DNA from: Candidatus Zambryskibacteria bacterium RIFOXYD1_FULL_40_13
Lineage (GTDB): Bacteria; Patescibacteriota; Minisyncoccia; Phycocordibacterales; DATDWN01
Direction: 5' to 3'
DNA: 64,000 bases
NCBI GenBank assembly: GCA_001824295.1
Contig: MHWY01000002.1
Location: 73,354-137,353, forward strand
Every line of letters starts with the position of its first letter. The stretch's first letter is position 1. The notes under the pieces were generated by a model. It made no database searches. It saw nothing but the letters and a program-made list of their open reading frames with translations, and was not told the origin of the DNA. This document shows positions 28,367 through 38,013 of the stretch, piece by piece. Position numbers and translations under genes: made by a program.

Positions 28367-29050
28367 TTAACTCTTTCCCAAATAGCATATCCAGAAGTTT
28401 CTTTTATACACACGGTTGTTTATTCTTGAGTAGCTAGTTTTTTTCTCAAGATTAAAAATTACAAAATATTTCTCATAAAAAGAGATGAGATCATCTTTAC
28501 TCCAAACTCTTTCTGTAACGCCGAGACCTGGCATTATGTATGTATCTTTCTCTTTTCCAGGATTATTTTTAAGTAGGTATTTTGCATTTGCATCCCCATC
28601 TTTACACAGAGCTTTCACAAGAAAATATCCACCCACTTTCAGCACTCTATTGGTTTCAGATAAATATATCTCTCTTTCCCCTTCTGATAAGGAATTTGAA
28701 GATGTAACATCTAAAACAATGTCGACTGATTCATCTTCTAGTGGAAATTTCTCTCCGATGCTTTGTTTAACATATTTTATATTCAGTCTAGCCTTCTTAG
28801 AATTCTCATTTGAAATCTGAATGGCAGTTTTAGAGATTTCAAGACCAACCACACCTGCCCCCATTTCAGCAAAATAAAAACTGTTTCTCCCCGCACCGGA
28901 GCCCAAATCCAAAACTCTGCATTTAGCAAGCTCTACCCCCTGTTTTCTTAAAAATTTAGTAAACCTAACCACATCCGACTGTGGTTTATTGTCCTTTGTC
29001 AGAAGTTTAGATTTTATATATTCCCTATCCCAGGCAAGCTCTTGTGACAT
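28367..29050 (-). CDS. Class I SAM-dependent methyltransferase
   Basis: The product has motif I (VLDLGSGAGRNS). The gene is AT-rich like the backbone. Confidence 0.8.
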   Translation of the reverse strand: MSQELAWDREYIKSKLLTKDNKPQSDVVRFTKFLRKQGVELAKCRVLDLGSGAGRNSFYFAEMGAGVVGLEISKTAIQISNENSKKARLNIKYVKQSIGEKFPLEDESVDIVLDVTSSNSLSEGEREIYLSETNRVLKVGGYFLVKALCKDGDANAKYLLKNNPGKEKDTYIMPGLGVTERVWSKDDLISFYEKYFVIFNLEKKTSYSRINNRVYKRNFWICYLGKS

Positions 29051-29096
29051 AAAGCAATTGTAACACAGAGTAGTTTCCTGTATATTTTAGTAACAC

Positions 29097-29648
29097 ATGG
29101 CTTTTTTGTACCTCATTTTTCTCCTAGTTGCCTTCTTTCTCTCTATTTTTTTTGTATTCTTTATGCTGGCCCAAACCATATCGACCTTGCTTGGTGATGT
29201 ACCATATATTCCAATTCCAAAGATTACTGAGAAAAATGTAATTGAGGTTCTCAAACTTGATAACAACAGTGTGTTCTATGATTTGGGCTGTGGTGATGGT
29301 AGAGTTCTATTGAGAGCAGTCGAACAATTCCCTCAAATCAGAGCAGTGGGGGTTGATATTGGTTTTATACCATTTTTTTTGGCTAAATTTTATATAAGAA
29401 AGTATAAAAATATTAGTATAAAAAGAGAAAACATATATAAGACCGACATACATGATGCCACGCACATTTTTCTCTATCTCTATCCAAAAGTTGTAGATAG
29501 AATATTTGTTAATATACTCAAGCAGTGCAAACCAGGCACAAAAATCGTATCCTGTGATTTTGAGCTAATAGATGTCACCCCTACTGAGATAATTAACCTA
29601 GAAACAAAAGCCCTAAGAGGAAAAACCCTTTTTGTTTATACTTTATGA
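29097..29648 (+). CDS. Membrane-anchored class I SAM-dependent methyltransferase
   Basis: The product has an N-terminal TM helix and motif I (DLGCGDGR). Confidence 0.7.
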   Translation: MAFLYLIFLLVAFFLSIFFVFFMLAQTISTLLGDVPYIPIPKITEKNVIEVLKLDNNSVFYDLGCGDGRVLLRAVEQFPQIRAVGVDIGFIPFFLAKFYIRKYKNISIKRENIYKTDIHDATHIFLYLYPKVVDRIFVNILKQCKPGTKIVSCDFELIDVTPTEIINLETKALRGKTLFVYTL

Positions 29649-29687
29649 GGTATAATGATGGCTTTATTAATATCTAGATAATTAATT

Positions 29688-30443
29688 ATGAACTACATTT
29701 TATTTTCTAAAAACGAATTATTCCGAGAGGGTGCTGAAAAAATTAAAATAGAAGCCCAAAAACAAAACAAACAATGTGAAGTTTTGGAGATACATAGCAT
29801 TACAAAAAATGGCATTTTAAGACAAAAGATTGATAATACTTCCTTGGTTTATTTTTTAACGAATGATGTATGTATACCAGAATATATAGAACTATTGAAA
29901 AAAAAAGGGGCTTATATTGTTAATGAGGCTCCCTTATCTGGAGACCTGAAAAAATACATACTTCAAAATAAGGTAAAGAATAACGGAGTACGTGTCCCTA
30001 AAAATATATGTTTATCTAGTGACAAGGAAACAGGCAGGCTTAATCTAAAGTACCCTGTTTATATTAAAAGTCAAAAACAAGGAAGTTTGGTTATCTATAA
30101 TCTAAATCCAGATGAATTAAATAAAAACATAATATCTATAGGCAACATAAATGAATTTTATTTTGAGGAAGCGGTCGAAATAAAGGGTTTTGTACTAAGA
30201 AAATTCTACTATATTAAGGAAGTGATTATTGACATGGATAAAAAAAATACGGATCCTGTGCCAGATTGGCTATATATAGTCTTAAAAAATATCTCATTAT
30301 CGTTAAAATTAGAAGTTTTTTCTTCTGACATTTTTGTAAATTGGTCCAGCCAAGAATATTTCTGTATTGATATCAACCCAGCTTCATCATTTTTTAAATC
30401 TGAAAAAGCTCGCAAAGAATTTGTTAGAAATATTTTAATATAA
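29688..30443 (+). CDS. ATP-grasp-like protein (tentative)
   Basis: The arrangement of K-rich strand motifs and the C-terminal D-x-N region (CIDINPASSF) resembles ATP-grasp ligases. The assignment is weak. Confidence 0.45.
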   Translation: MNYILFSKNELFREGAEKIKIEAQKQNKQCEVLEIHSITKNGILRQKIDNTSLVYFLTNDVCIPEYIELLKKKGAYIVNEAPLSGDLKKYILQNKVKNNGVRVPKNICLSSDKETGRLNLKYPVYIKSQKQGSLVIYNLNPDELNKNIISIGNINEFYFEEAVEIKGFVLRKFYYIKEVIIDMDKKNTDPVPDWLYIVLKNISLSLKLEVFSSDIFVNWSSQEYFCIDINPASSFFKSEKARKEFVRNILI

Positions 30444-31117
30444 TGACTTGGCCAGAAATATATAAAGCAAAAATTGCAAAAAAGGGTGGTTTACTACCTT
30501 TTATATTAAATAAAGAAAAAAGATCAGCTGGTGCATTAATAACTAGGTTGAAGAAAAAATTAAAACCTGAATCAAAAATACTAGAAATAGGTACTGGAAC
30601 TGGAGCTATTGGTGCTTTACTTATAAAACACGGTTTTGATGTTACTGGTATAGATATTGATGAAGAAATGATAAAAATTGCAAAAAAATCTTTTAAATTA
30701 TTTGGAAATCATAATAAAGTTTTTGTAATGGATGGAAATAACATAGTTAGTAGATTTAGAGAGAATTCTTTTGACTGTGTCATAACCCACGGAATGCTAG
30801 AACATTATTCCAATGAAGATATATATCTCCACATTAGTAATCAATTAAAAATTTCACCACTTACTATATGTGTTGTCCCCATGAAAGCAATGTCACCACT
30901 TTACCGTTCTGGTGGGTTAGGGGACGAAAGATACCTTCCAACTAGCTATTGGAAAAGGTTATTGTCAAAAAATTTTCACATCCAGAGTATTTATGGATAT
31001 GGCTTCAAAGAAACAAATAGTATACACCTGTCTGAAAAAATAATTAGGATAAATATTTTAGCAAAAATTTTTGCTCCACTTTGTGCTTTCAATGAGTTTT
31101 GGATTACTAAGAAGTAA
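30443..31117 (+). CDS. Class I SAM-dependent methyltransferase
   Basis: The product has motif I (ILEIGTGTG) and downstream motifs. Confidence 0.8.
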   Translation: MTWPEIYKAKIAKKGGLLPFILNKEKRSAGALITRLKKKLKPESKILEIGTGTGAIGALLIKHGFDVTGIDIDEEMIKIAKKSFKLFGNHNKVFVMDGNNIVSRFRENSFDCVITHGMLEHYSNEDIYLHISNQLKISPLTICVVPMKAMSPLYRSGGLGDERYLPTSYWKRLLSKNFHIQSIYGYGFKETNSIHLSEKIIRINILAKIFAPLCAFNEFWITKK

Positions 31118-31523
31118 CTACACTATTAACTATGGATGATACGTTCCTAAAATAGTTCTTTAGATTATCGTAACTAAGCTTTTCAATGACTTCATCCTTT
31201 GATACCCACATAATAACATCCCCTTCGAGCTCTAATCTAAGTTGTGTGTCATCGTTAGAACTAACCAGAAACATTTTTGTAGAAATACAATTTCCGTTAG
31301 AATGAATGTACTCCATATCAGGTAAGGGTTTTATTACATTTACAGTTAAGCCGGTTTCCTCTTTCATCTCTCTGACCATTGTTTGGGTTGAATTTTCTCC
31401 TAGATCAACATGACCCTTGGGAAAAGACCAGTCTTTTTCCCTGCCTCTATATAACAATGCTATGTTATTTTTATTCTCGCTACTCAAAATTATAGCTCCG
31501 GCTTTTTGTATTTTTTCAGACAT
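31107..31523 (-). CDS. NUDIX hydrolase
   Basis: The product has the Nudix box GHVDLGENSTQTMVREMKEETGL. The start was moved to MSEKIQK. Confidence 0.75.
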   Translation of the reverse strand: MSEKIQKAGAIILSSENKNNIALLYRGREKDWSFPKGHVDLGENSTQTMVREMKEETGLTVNVIKPLPDMEYIHSNGNCISTKMFLVSSNDDTQLRLELEGDVIMWVSKDEVIEKLSYDNLKNYFRNVSSIVNSVVTS

Positions 31524-31539
31524 AAAATAAAAGAAAAGT

Positions 31540-31585
31540 GACCCCTTTATCTTATCAAAGGGGCCACTTGGAGTCAAAGAAGATG
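31540..31585 (-). terminator. Intrinsic terminator after the P-loop / radical-SAM operon (CCCCTTTgataagatAAAGGGG + TCACTTTTCTTTTATTTT on the minus strand)
   Basis: A 7-bp stem is followed by a long T-tract. It lies between the end of the GC-rich island and the Nudix gene start. Confidence 0.55.
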
Positions 31586-31596
31586 CCACCAGTACA

Positions 31597-32124
31597 CTAG
31601 ATCCTACCTGACGACTTGAGATGATCCACTAGCGCGTCGGCCTCGAGTGCCCGGAGTGCCTCGCTGGCAACTCCGCTAAACGACCACTCAACCTGAGCGA
31701 GCAAGCATGTCTGGTGGCTGTGCCAGAAACGCTCACGCTTAATATCGAGCGCCATGTCCTCGGGGGTGCTTCGAGACAACCTGCATTTCTTGGGAACAAC
31801 GACACTCACCAACAAAGCCTCGGGCTCAATTTCAAGTACAGCCTTCCACTCATCAGGTGTGTGAATCGCGTCAAGCAGAACCACATCCTTTGAGTTTCGA
31901 TCGTACTTCATCAGCCTGAGAAGATGGTGCATGATTTCGTAACTCCCCATGTTGTGGTAGAGATCACGATACCATTCGGTGAACACTTCCTCGTTGTTGT
32001 CGATTGACGACCATTCGCGAAGAAGTTCTCTCTTCACAACATGTCGCCAACTGTAGTTATTAACAAAGAACTCCGAGAGATCACTCTTCCCAGAGCTGTG
32101 ATAACCAGCTATCCCGATGATCAT
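31597..32124 (-). CDS. P-loop NTPase/kinase-like protein (GC-rich island)
   Basis: The product has Walker A GIAGYHSSGKS at its N-terminus. It overlaps the upstream radical-SAM gene by 4 nt. Confidence 0.65.
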   Translation of the reverse strand: MIIGIAGYHSSGKSDLSEFFVNNYSWRHVVKRELLREWSSIDNNEEVFTEWYRDLYHNMGSYEIMHHLLRLMKYDRNSKDVVLLDAIHTPDEWKAVLEIEPEALLVSVVVPKKCRLSRSTPEDMALDIKRERFWHSHQTCLLAQVEWSFSGVASEALRALEADALVDHLKSSGRI

Positions 32125-33314
32125 TTTGACCTCATGAAATGGAGAGGTTGGACATCACTGCTCTTCAACGCCAGTGCGATCGCGAGACAGTTTGTCTTCG
32201 GTCCGGAAGTGGAAGAGTTGTAGCCGGGTAGCAGGAACCTCATGGACTCAATGTGTTGAGAGTCAACGAGTTTTCTCCAAACCCCAGAAAACCGCTCGTT
32301 CACGAGATTGCCGACCGACATTTCACCGAGCGGACCAAGAAAGCCACAGGTTTGCACATTGCCGTCTGGCAGAACCACCATTCCACGGTGACCTGCACTA
32401 CACGACTGACGTTCAAATGGAAGTGAAATCCGTGGTGCAACCTTGTCGTCCTTGATGTAGTGACCACGAACGTGCTTTGTCGAATCTGATGTCAAATGTC
32501 CGAGCCTCTTCCTCAGAACTTCATACTCTTCCTGAGAGAGCATTTCGCCTGACATGTTGTCTGCACGACCAGCAGGAATCAACCTGCGAATCATGACCGG
32601 CACGCTCAGATTTGAAAAAAACTCGGTAACGCGAACCACTTCATCAATGTTACTCTTCATGACGACAGTGTTCACCCTGACTGGGATACCGACATGTTTG
32701 AGCTCGATTATCCCCTTCATCGTTTTTCTGAAGGAACCAGCGCCTCTGATTGAGTCGTGAACACTCCTCATGCCATCAACACTAACGACGGCCAGGTTAA
32801 GACCAACATCTGCAAGTCTCCTTGCGATATCAGGCTTCACCAGTATGCCATTTGTGCCGATTGACGTTCGAAGACCATTGCGTCGCAGGAGCCTAATGAT
32901 GTCGTACACGACGTTGACCACGAGAGGTTCTCCGCCAGTGAGACGAACCTCTTGGACTCCAGAATTAATGAGATCTTGAACCAACCTAAGCCTTTGTGCG
33001 TCGGACATCTCGTTCGACATACGCCTACCTGAGTTGTTAAAGCAGAATGTGCAATTGATGTTGCACGCTCTGGTGATCTCAAAAAAAATGGTATCCGGTG
33101 CGCTGAAGTTGTTGCCCGGCAGGTAGGACGGCTCACGAATGAGCACGCTGTCCGTCGATAACTGAATCTCTCGCTGGAGATGTTCAGGTACACTACCGGA
33201 CTGAGAGATCGACTCGTACTCGTCTCTATTAATGTATGCGCGCTTGCCTGAGTCCGAATTAAACAGTGTACCACCAAAGACTTCTTTTCGAAGCAGTGCT
33301 TGTCCCTTAGTCAT
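32121..33314 (-). CDS. Radical SAM enzyme with a C-terminal SPASM-like Cys cluster and a ~90-aa N-terminal extension
   Basis: The product has CNINCTFC (CxxxCxxC) and a later Cys-rich segment (CSAGHRG...VQTCGF). The start was moved to ATG 33314 (MTKGQ), which has an AGGAGAG SD and lies downstream of a TTGACA-17-TATTAT promoter. Confidence 0.85.
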   Translation of the reverse strand: MTKGQALLRKEVFGGTLFNSDSGKRAYINRDEYESISQSGSVPEHLQREIQLSTDSVLIREPSYLPGNNFSAPDTIFFEITRACNINCTFCFNNSGRRMSNEMSDAQRLRLVQDLINSGVQEVRLTGGEPLVVNVVYDIIRLLRRNGLRTSIGTNGILVKPDIARRLADVGLNLAVVSVDGMRSVHDSIRGAGSFRKTMKGIIELKHVGIPVRVNTVVMKSNIDEVVRVTEFFSNLSVPVMIRRLIPAGRADNMSGEMLSQEEYEVLRKRLGHLTSDSTKHVRGHYIKDDKVAPRISLPFERQSCSAGHRGMVVLPDGNVQTCGFLGPLGEMSVGNLVNERFSGVWRKLVDSQHIESMRFLLPGYNSSTSGPKTNCLAIALALKSSDVQPLHFMRSK

Positions 33315-33386
33315 CTTTACTCTCCTCTGAATGTTAATGTGCGAACAACCACAAGAAAATCCTGTGGTTATTTGTTTTCTAGCCAA

Positions 33387-33415
33387 ATAATAGAACTAAT
33401 TTTAAGTAATGTCAA
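33387..33415 (-). promoter_or_regulatory. Sigma70-like promoter of the radical-SAM operon (TTGACA-17-TATTAT on the minus strand)
   Basis: The spacing and hexamers are near-consensus. A hairpin (ccacaggattttcttgtgg) and an SD follow before the ATG. Confidence 0.4.
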
Positions 33416-33472
33416 TTTTTATTTTTGAGTAGTTCTAGCAAAAATAATCATGTTAAAGACAAGCGTTCTATA

Positions 33473-34000
33473 TTACACTTTTCTATTAATTCTAAACACA
33501 TCAGAAAGTGCCTCACTAAAAGAGGTTTCTCTATTGATTATGCTCGCAACCAACTTTTTTTGTTCATCTGTTCCGTTCATAATAATATCTTTCTCATATT
33601 TTCTGATTTCTACACCAAACTGAGCACCGTTTTTTACATTATCTGACACAGTTATAGGTAAGGGTAATTTTTTACTTAAACCAGTATAAACAGCACCTTT
33701 TGGATTAATGATTGAAACAACGCATAATAAATGGTACAGACCATCAACATCTACCAATCCTCCTTCCATACCCACCGAAAAACTATAGTCACCCTTCCCG
33801 TATGAAATAATTGCATTTCTGGCCCTATTAACAGAACCAGAAATTGTTGTTCTCTCATCAAGTGGTTGATCAGTAATATTTGAACTAACATCATAGGAAA
33901 TAATTTCAGTATCGATGTTTTTTATTAGAAACCGTTTAAGCGGGCTGATTTTTTGTTCCGAAGTTGTTCCAATTAAAACAATTGTTTTTTGCATGTTCAT
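33473..34000 (-). CDS. YjjX-family inosine/xanthosine triphosphatase (non-canonical NTPase)
   Basis: The product aligns by eye with E. coli YjjX. GTTSEQKI corresponds to ATTNPAKI, TDQPLDERTTISGSVNRARNA to [21 protein letters not shown], and KKLPLP to ATLPLP. Confidence 0.7.
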   Translation of the reverse strand: MNMQKTIVLIGTTSEQKISPLKRFLIKNIDTEIISYDVSSNITDQPLDERTTISGSVNRARNAIISYGKGDYSFSVGMEGGLVDVDGLYHLLCVVSIINPKGAVYTGLSKKLPLPITVSDNVKNGAQFGVEIRKYEKDIIMNGTDEQKKLVASIINRETSFSEALSDVFRINRKV

Positions 34001-34503
34001 TGTTGATTTTCAAAATTTGCCTTTAGCTCCAATGCTCTTTGCATGATTCTACCCCCGATTTCACCCCAATCAAAATATTGTTTGTAGTCTTTTGGGTCTA
34101 TTAGCTTTATCTCCGTTATGTCGCCGTCAGGATCTGCATCTGCTATAAAATCGCCATATGGTTCAACGATGCATACTGAGCGAGTTTGTCGAACAATGTT
34201 ACCTAATTCCTTTACATCAATAAAACCAATCAATTGCTGTTTTAAAACTTGCATGTTTGTTTCCTCCGCAACTTCTCGTATCACTGTCTCCTCAATGGTT
34301 TCTCCGGGTTCAATATGTCCACCAGGTGGTTGCCAGCCATGATTTTTATGTTTTACAAGGACTAATTTATTGTCATAAAAACAATATGCGTGCACGCCTT
34401 CTAGAATTTTCCCATCTAGGTTTTGCACTGGATCAATATCTTCGTAATATTCATAGTTTAATACTTTGCCGGAGTGGCCAGTTAACGTTGATTTTATTTG
34501 CAT
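33997..34503 (-). CDS. NUDIX hydrolase
   Basis: The product has the Nudix box GGHIEPGETIEETVIREVAEETN. The start was moved to MQIKS to avoid overlap with the kinase gene. Confidence 0.75.
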   Translation of the reverse strand: MQIKSTLTGHSGKVLNYEYYEDIDPVQNLDGKILEGVHAYCFYDNKLVLVKHKNHGWQPPGGHIEPGETIEETVIREVAEETNMQVLKQQLIGFIDVKELGNIVRQTRSVCIVEPYGDFIADADPDGDITEIKLIDPKDYKQYFDWGEIGGRIMQRALELKANFENQQ

Positions 34504-34507
34504 AATT

Positions 34508-36064
34508 TTAGCTCTTCGGTAGTTCCATATAGAAAGTAGAACCTTTGTCTTTTCCTTCGGATTCAACGCCGACTTTACCACCGTGAGCTTCAACCACATT
34601 CTTTACGAACACAAGACCGTAACCAGTTGAATTTACATTAACCTTAAGTGAATTAGCTCCCCTTCCGCCCGACTTGAATAGTCGCTCTCTGTCCTCTGGT
34701 GCGATACCGACTCCGGTATCCTTAATTTTGACTAGTACAGACTTGTCTGTTTGTGATAGTTCTACATCTACACTTCCAGCCAGGGTATAGTTTATGGAAT
34801 TATCAATAAGGTTTCTGACTGATTCTCCAAGTTGGATAATATCCCCAGTGGTATGATAATCTCCTTCTTCAATTCTGAGATTAACACTGAGACCCTTTTT
34901 CTCAGCGTTTTCCTTCTGTTTTTCGTACACCTCCTGTACAACCACCTTCATATCCATCGGTTTCATGTCGTACTGTAGTTTTCCGCTTTCTGCACTTGAA
35001 CCGTTAAGGATTCCCTGAAGATAACTTACGCCAAGGTTTGCCTCGTCTAAACCTTTTTGAAGTAATGGCAAGGTGGCTGGTGGCATTGTCCCATAGTCAT
35101 CAGTCAAAAGCTCAGCAAAAATATTTTTTGATATGCCAAACTTACCCTTAACCTGATGATTCATAAAGTGCATTAGACTTGCCTGATTACGATTTGTTTC
35201 CTGTAACTGGTCTGCCAACTTTTCAATTTTTTCCTTCTGCTCAACCTCCTTATAAACTCCCCTAACGAGAAAGCCACTGAAAATTGAAATTAAAACAAGT
35301 AGTATAAATCTAATTACCCATGATGATGATGTATCTGTTTCCAATAAATTAAAGAGAAAAACAAGGAAAATAGCACCGCTAAATAATTGCGCTGAAATAA
35401 TCTTGATGTTAAACATTTTGTACTTCAATACTCCGTAACTCATAAACATTACATATAGCAATATAAAGTAATTTCCGAATGGATATATATTTATCACTTG
35501 CGGAAAAAAATCAGTAATTCCACCACCAAAACCAATTAAACCAGCAATTAATGTGTTTCTAATTTGTGCATGAAAAATAGGCCTGTCTTTACTTTTTATA
35601 TATGCATCAATAAGAAAAAATAATGATGTTGTAACAACAAGAGCAAAAAATATTGGAAAGACAATATAATACTCTCCAGGGCTAACCCAAAAAAAACCAA
35701 ATCTTGTGGTCATTCCGGCCTTAAAATAATGTGTAACACTAAAAATAGCTAAAATTGAACCAAGGTACAAGAAAAATCTTCTTAAAAAAAAGAGCTTAAT
35801 TTCTAGTAATTCACAGACAAAAGCAAAATATGTTATTGGTATAAAAATCGCAGAAATATCAAGCAAATATTGCCATCGTAAAGCAACAGCTACATTACTT
35901 GTTGAGGTGACACCATACAGACCTAACCCCCAAAGTGAAGTTGCAATTGAAACAGCAAACCACATTTTGATAATCTTTGATTTTCTATCTGAAGAATACA
36001 AAAAAAGACCAAAGCCAAGACCGGCAAAGAAAATCATCACACTTGTTATGCCAAACAGGTTCAT
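34508..36064 (-). CDS. Sensor histidine kinase with a multi-TM N-terminal domain (no adjacent response regulator)
   Basis: About ten N-terminal TM helices are followed by a DHp His region (SLMHFMNHQVKGKF) and HATPase_c G-boxes (DTGVGI, GYGL). Confidence 0.8.
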   Translation of the reverse strand: MNLFGITSVMIFFAGLGFGLFLYSSDRKSKIIKMWFAVSIATSLWGLGLYGVTSTSNVAVALRWQYLLDISAIFIPITYFAFVCELLEIKLFFLRRFFLYLGSILAIFSVTHYFKAGMTTRFGFFWVSPGEYYIVFPIFFALVVTTSLFFLIDAYIKSKDRPIFHAQIRNTLIAGLIGFGGGITDFFPQVINIYPFGNYFILLYVMFMSYGVLKYKMFNIKIISAQLFSGAIFLVFLFNLLETDTSSSWVIRFILLVLISIFSGFLVRGVYKEVEQKEKIEKLADQLQETNRNQASLMHFMNHQVKGKFGISKNIFAELLTDDYGTMPPATLPLLQKGLDEANLGVSYLQGILNGSSAESGKLQYDMKPMDMKVVVQEVYEKQKENAEKKGLSVNLRIEEGDYHTTGDIIQLGESVRNLIDNSINYTLAGSVDVELSQTDKSVLVKIKDTGVGIAPEDRERLFKSGGRGANSLKVNVNSTGYGLVFVKNVVEAHGGKVGVESEGKDKGSTFYMELPKS

Positions 36065-36720
36065 GATTTAAAATAAATAATTGGCCATTTTTTGATAATT
36101 GCAAACTTTTTTAACTCACCAGTTGGATTAACAGCATACGGATGCGTAACTAGAGAAAGAGATGAGATGTCTGAATGGTGGTCTGTGTATTCCCACGAGT
36201 TATTGAGAGATATCCTGTTTACTTTCACGTAATTTTGGATAGCCTCGTCTTTCAGTTTACCATATATTATGTCTCCGGAAATCCTTCCTGTGTATAGCCC
36301 ATCAACTATTTCAAGTTTTGTAGATATATAATCACTAATTTCTAAATATTTACTGAGTGGCTCAATCAATACGCCAACAGCATTGGAAACTAATATGACC
36401 CTTCGGTTATTTTTTTTGTGCTCCTCAATAATTTTTATTGATTCTTTATATATTTTATTCTTAAGTACTGACTCAAAAAAATCATTAGTAATGGTGCTGA
36501 TTTGAACCTCAGATTTTCCTCTTGCAAACGAAAAAGCATATTCCATTGCGGGCCTTGGGTTTTTTATTAAACCCATTTTATAGAGAATAAACCAACTAAT
36601 TAATCGAATATAAAAAAAAGTAGAAATATAGCCTTTTTCATACAGATAACTCAAAAAAAGTTTCTGGCTCTGTCCGTTTATTATTGTATCGTCAACATCA
36701 AATATGATTAATTCCTTCAT
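36061..36720 (-). CDS. HAD-IB family hydrolase
   Basis: The product has the DxDxT motif (IFDVDDTI). Confidence 0.7.
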   Translation of the reverse strand: MKELIIFDVDDTIINGQSQKLFLSYLYEKGYISTFFYIRLISWFILYKMGLIKNPRPAMEYAFSFARGKSEVQISTITNDFFESVLKNKIYKESIKIIEEHKKNNRRVILVSNAVGVLIEPLSKYLEISDYISTKLEIVDGLYTGRISGDIIYGKLKDEAIQNYVKVNRISLNNSWEYTDHHSDISSLSLVTHPYAVNPTGELKKFAIIKKWPIIYFKS

Positions 36721-37412
36721 ATCATTTTGCCGTAATGTGGATAATTTCTGTCAGATAACCTTGATATCTCCATGATAATTTTATCTGTTAATTCGCGATA
36801 CTTTGTTTCCTCTAACTCCTTACCGGCATGCTCAACAAAGTGTAATGGTTTTCCAATGTGAAAGGTGACTATTTTTCTGAATTTTGGTTTTTTATCATGC
36901 TTCGCCATAACAAAGTATGTACCCTTAATCCCAACTGGAACAACTGGCACATTTGCACGTGTGGCATATTTTGCAACACCCGTAAACGCATGGAGCATCT
37001 CTGATTCGTGGGGTGAACGAGTTCCTTCTGGAAAGATACCAATAACCTTCCCGTGTGCAAGATGACTATGGATTGTTTCATGTAGAATTTGTTTATCGTG
37101 ATCTTTTCTTTCAACCTTTATTTGGCTGGTCATTTTCATTAACCATGACCAAAGTTTATTTGAAAAAAACTTTTCCGCAGTTAAATAGTGAATATGCCGT
37201 GGGCAAATTGAAACAAAACAAAGGAAGTCAAAAAAACTCTGGTGGTTGAAAGCAATAATCGCGGGTCCTGTTTTTGGAATATTTTCTAGCCCCTCAACTT
37301 TCTTGATCCATATTGTGCGAACAATAGTGCCGAGCGTAATTTTAATAAAGTCATATGATAAATCCATTAACAGACTATCGTGATATTCTATATTAGAATT
37401 TTCTCTTTCCAT
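36717..37412 (-). CDS. Lysophospholipid acyltransferase (PlsC family)
   Basis: The product has the NHQSFFD (HX4D) and FPEGTRS motifs. Confidence 0.8.
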   Translation of the reverse strand: MERENSNIEYHDSLLMDLSYDFIKITLGTIVRTIWIKKVEGLENIPKTGPAIIAFNHQSFFDFLCFVSICPRHIHYLTAEKFFSNKLWSWLMKMTSQIKVERKDHDKQILHETIHSHLAHGKVIGIFPEGTRSPHESEMLHAFTGVAKYATRANVPVVPVGIKGTYFVMAKHDKKPKFRKIVTFHIGKPLHFVEHAGKELEETKYRELTDKIIMEISRLSDRNYPHYGKMI

Positions 37413-37488
37413 ATCAACTTTATCTTATCACAAAAACTAGCAATTTGCAGTGCAAAGCGTTTGTTTCTTATCCTTGTGTAATACTAAA

Positions 37489-37938
37489 CTACTTATTTAA
37501 AATTTCTAGCAATTTCCTTCTATAATTTCCTGCAAGTCTGTGGTCTGCCCCTGGAATAACAATGATTGATTTTACACAACTTAGTGTCTTTGACACCCTC
37601 TTGGTTTCTTTATGTGTCCACTTTTCTTTTTCTCCAACCAAAAAAATAACCTCATCTGCCTTAATATTCTTTAAAGTCTCAACCCCAGGCATCATCGAAC
37701 ACAAAACAAGTTTTTGAAATTTCTTTTGAGTAGACAATTCACAAGCCAAAATAGCTCCCATAGAAAAACCCACCAACACTTTTGTCTCCTTAGGAACTTT
37801 AACTTTCCATGTATTCCAGTCTATTTCAGGTACATTAAAATATACCTCAAATTCTTTGAAATCTTTCTTTAGCCCCTGTCCATATAAAAAAGTAACTAAT
37901 TCGTGTTTCATAGAAAAGTATAGTTTGTGAGATTTCAC
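37489..37938 (-). CDS. Alpha/beta hydrolase-like protein
   Basis: The product has GFSMG (GxSxG). Confidence 0.5.
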   Translation of the reverse strand: MKSHKLYFSMKHELVTFLYGQGLKKDFKEFEVYFNVPEIDWNTWKVKVPKETKVLVGFSMGAILACELSTQKKFQKLVLCSMMPGVETLKNIKADEVIFLVGEKEKWTHKETKRVSKTLSCVKSIIVIPGADHRLAGNYRRKLLEILNK

Positions 37939-38013
37939 ATATCCGACTATTCAATTATTATGTTTGAGTACTGATAGTTTACCCATCTATACTTGATAAG
38001 TTAGACACGCAGC

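Noticed and set aside
33315-33386. Longer rSAM start (MARKQITTGFSCGCSHINIQRRVK...), which superficially looks like a fused Cys-containing leader peptide
   Set aside because: The start codon is TTG and lies within or upstream of the -10 region of the promoter. The MTKGQ ATG has a proper SD.
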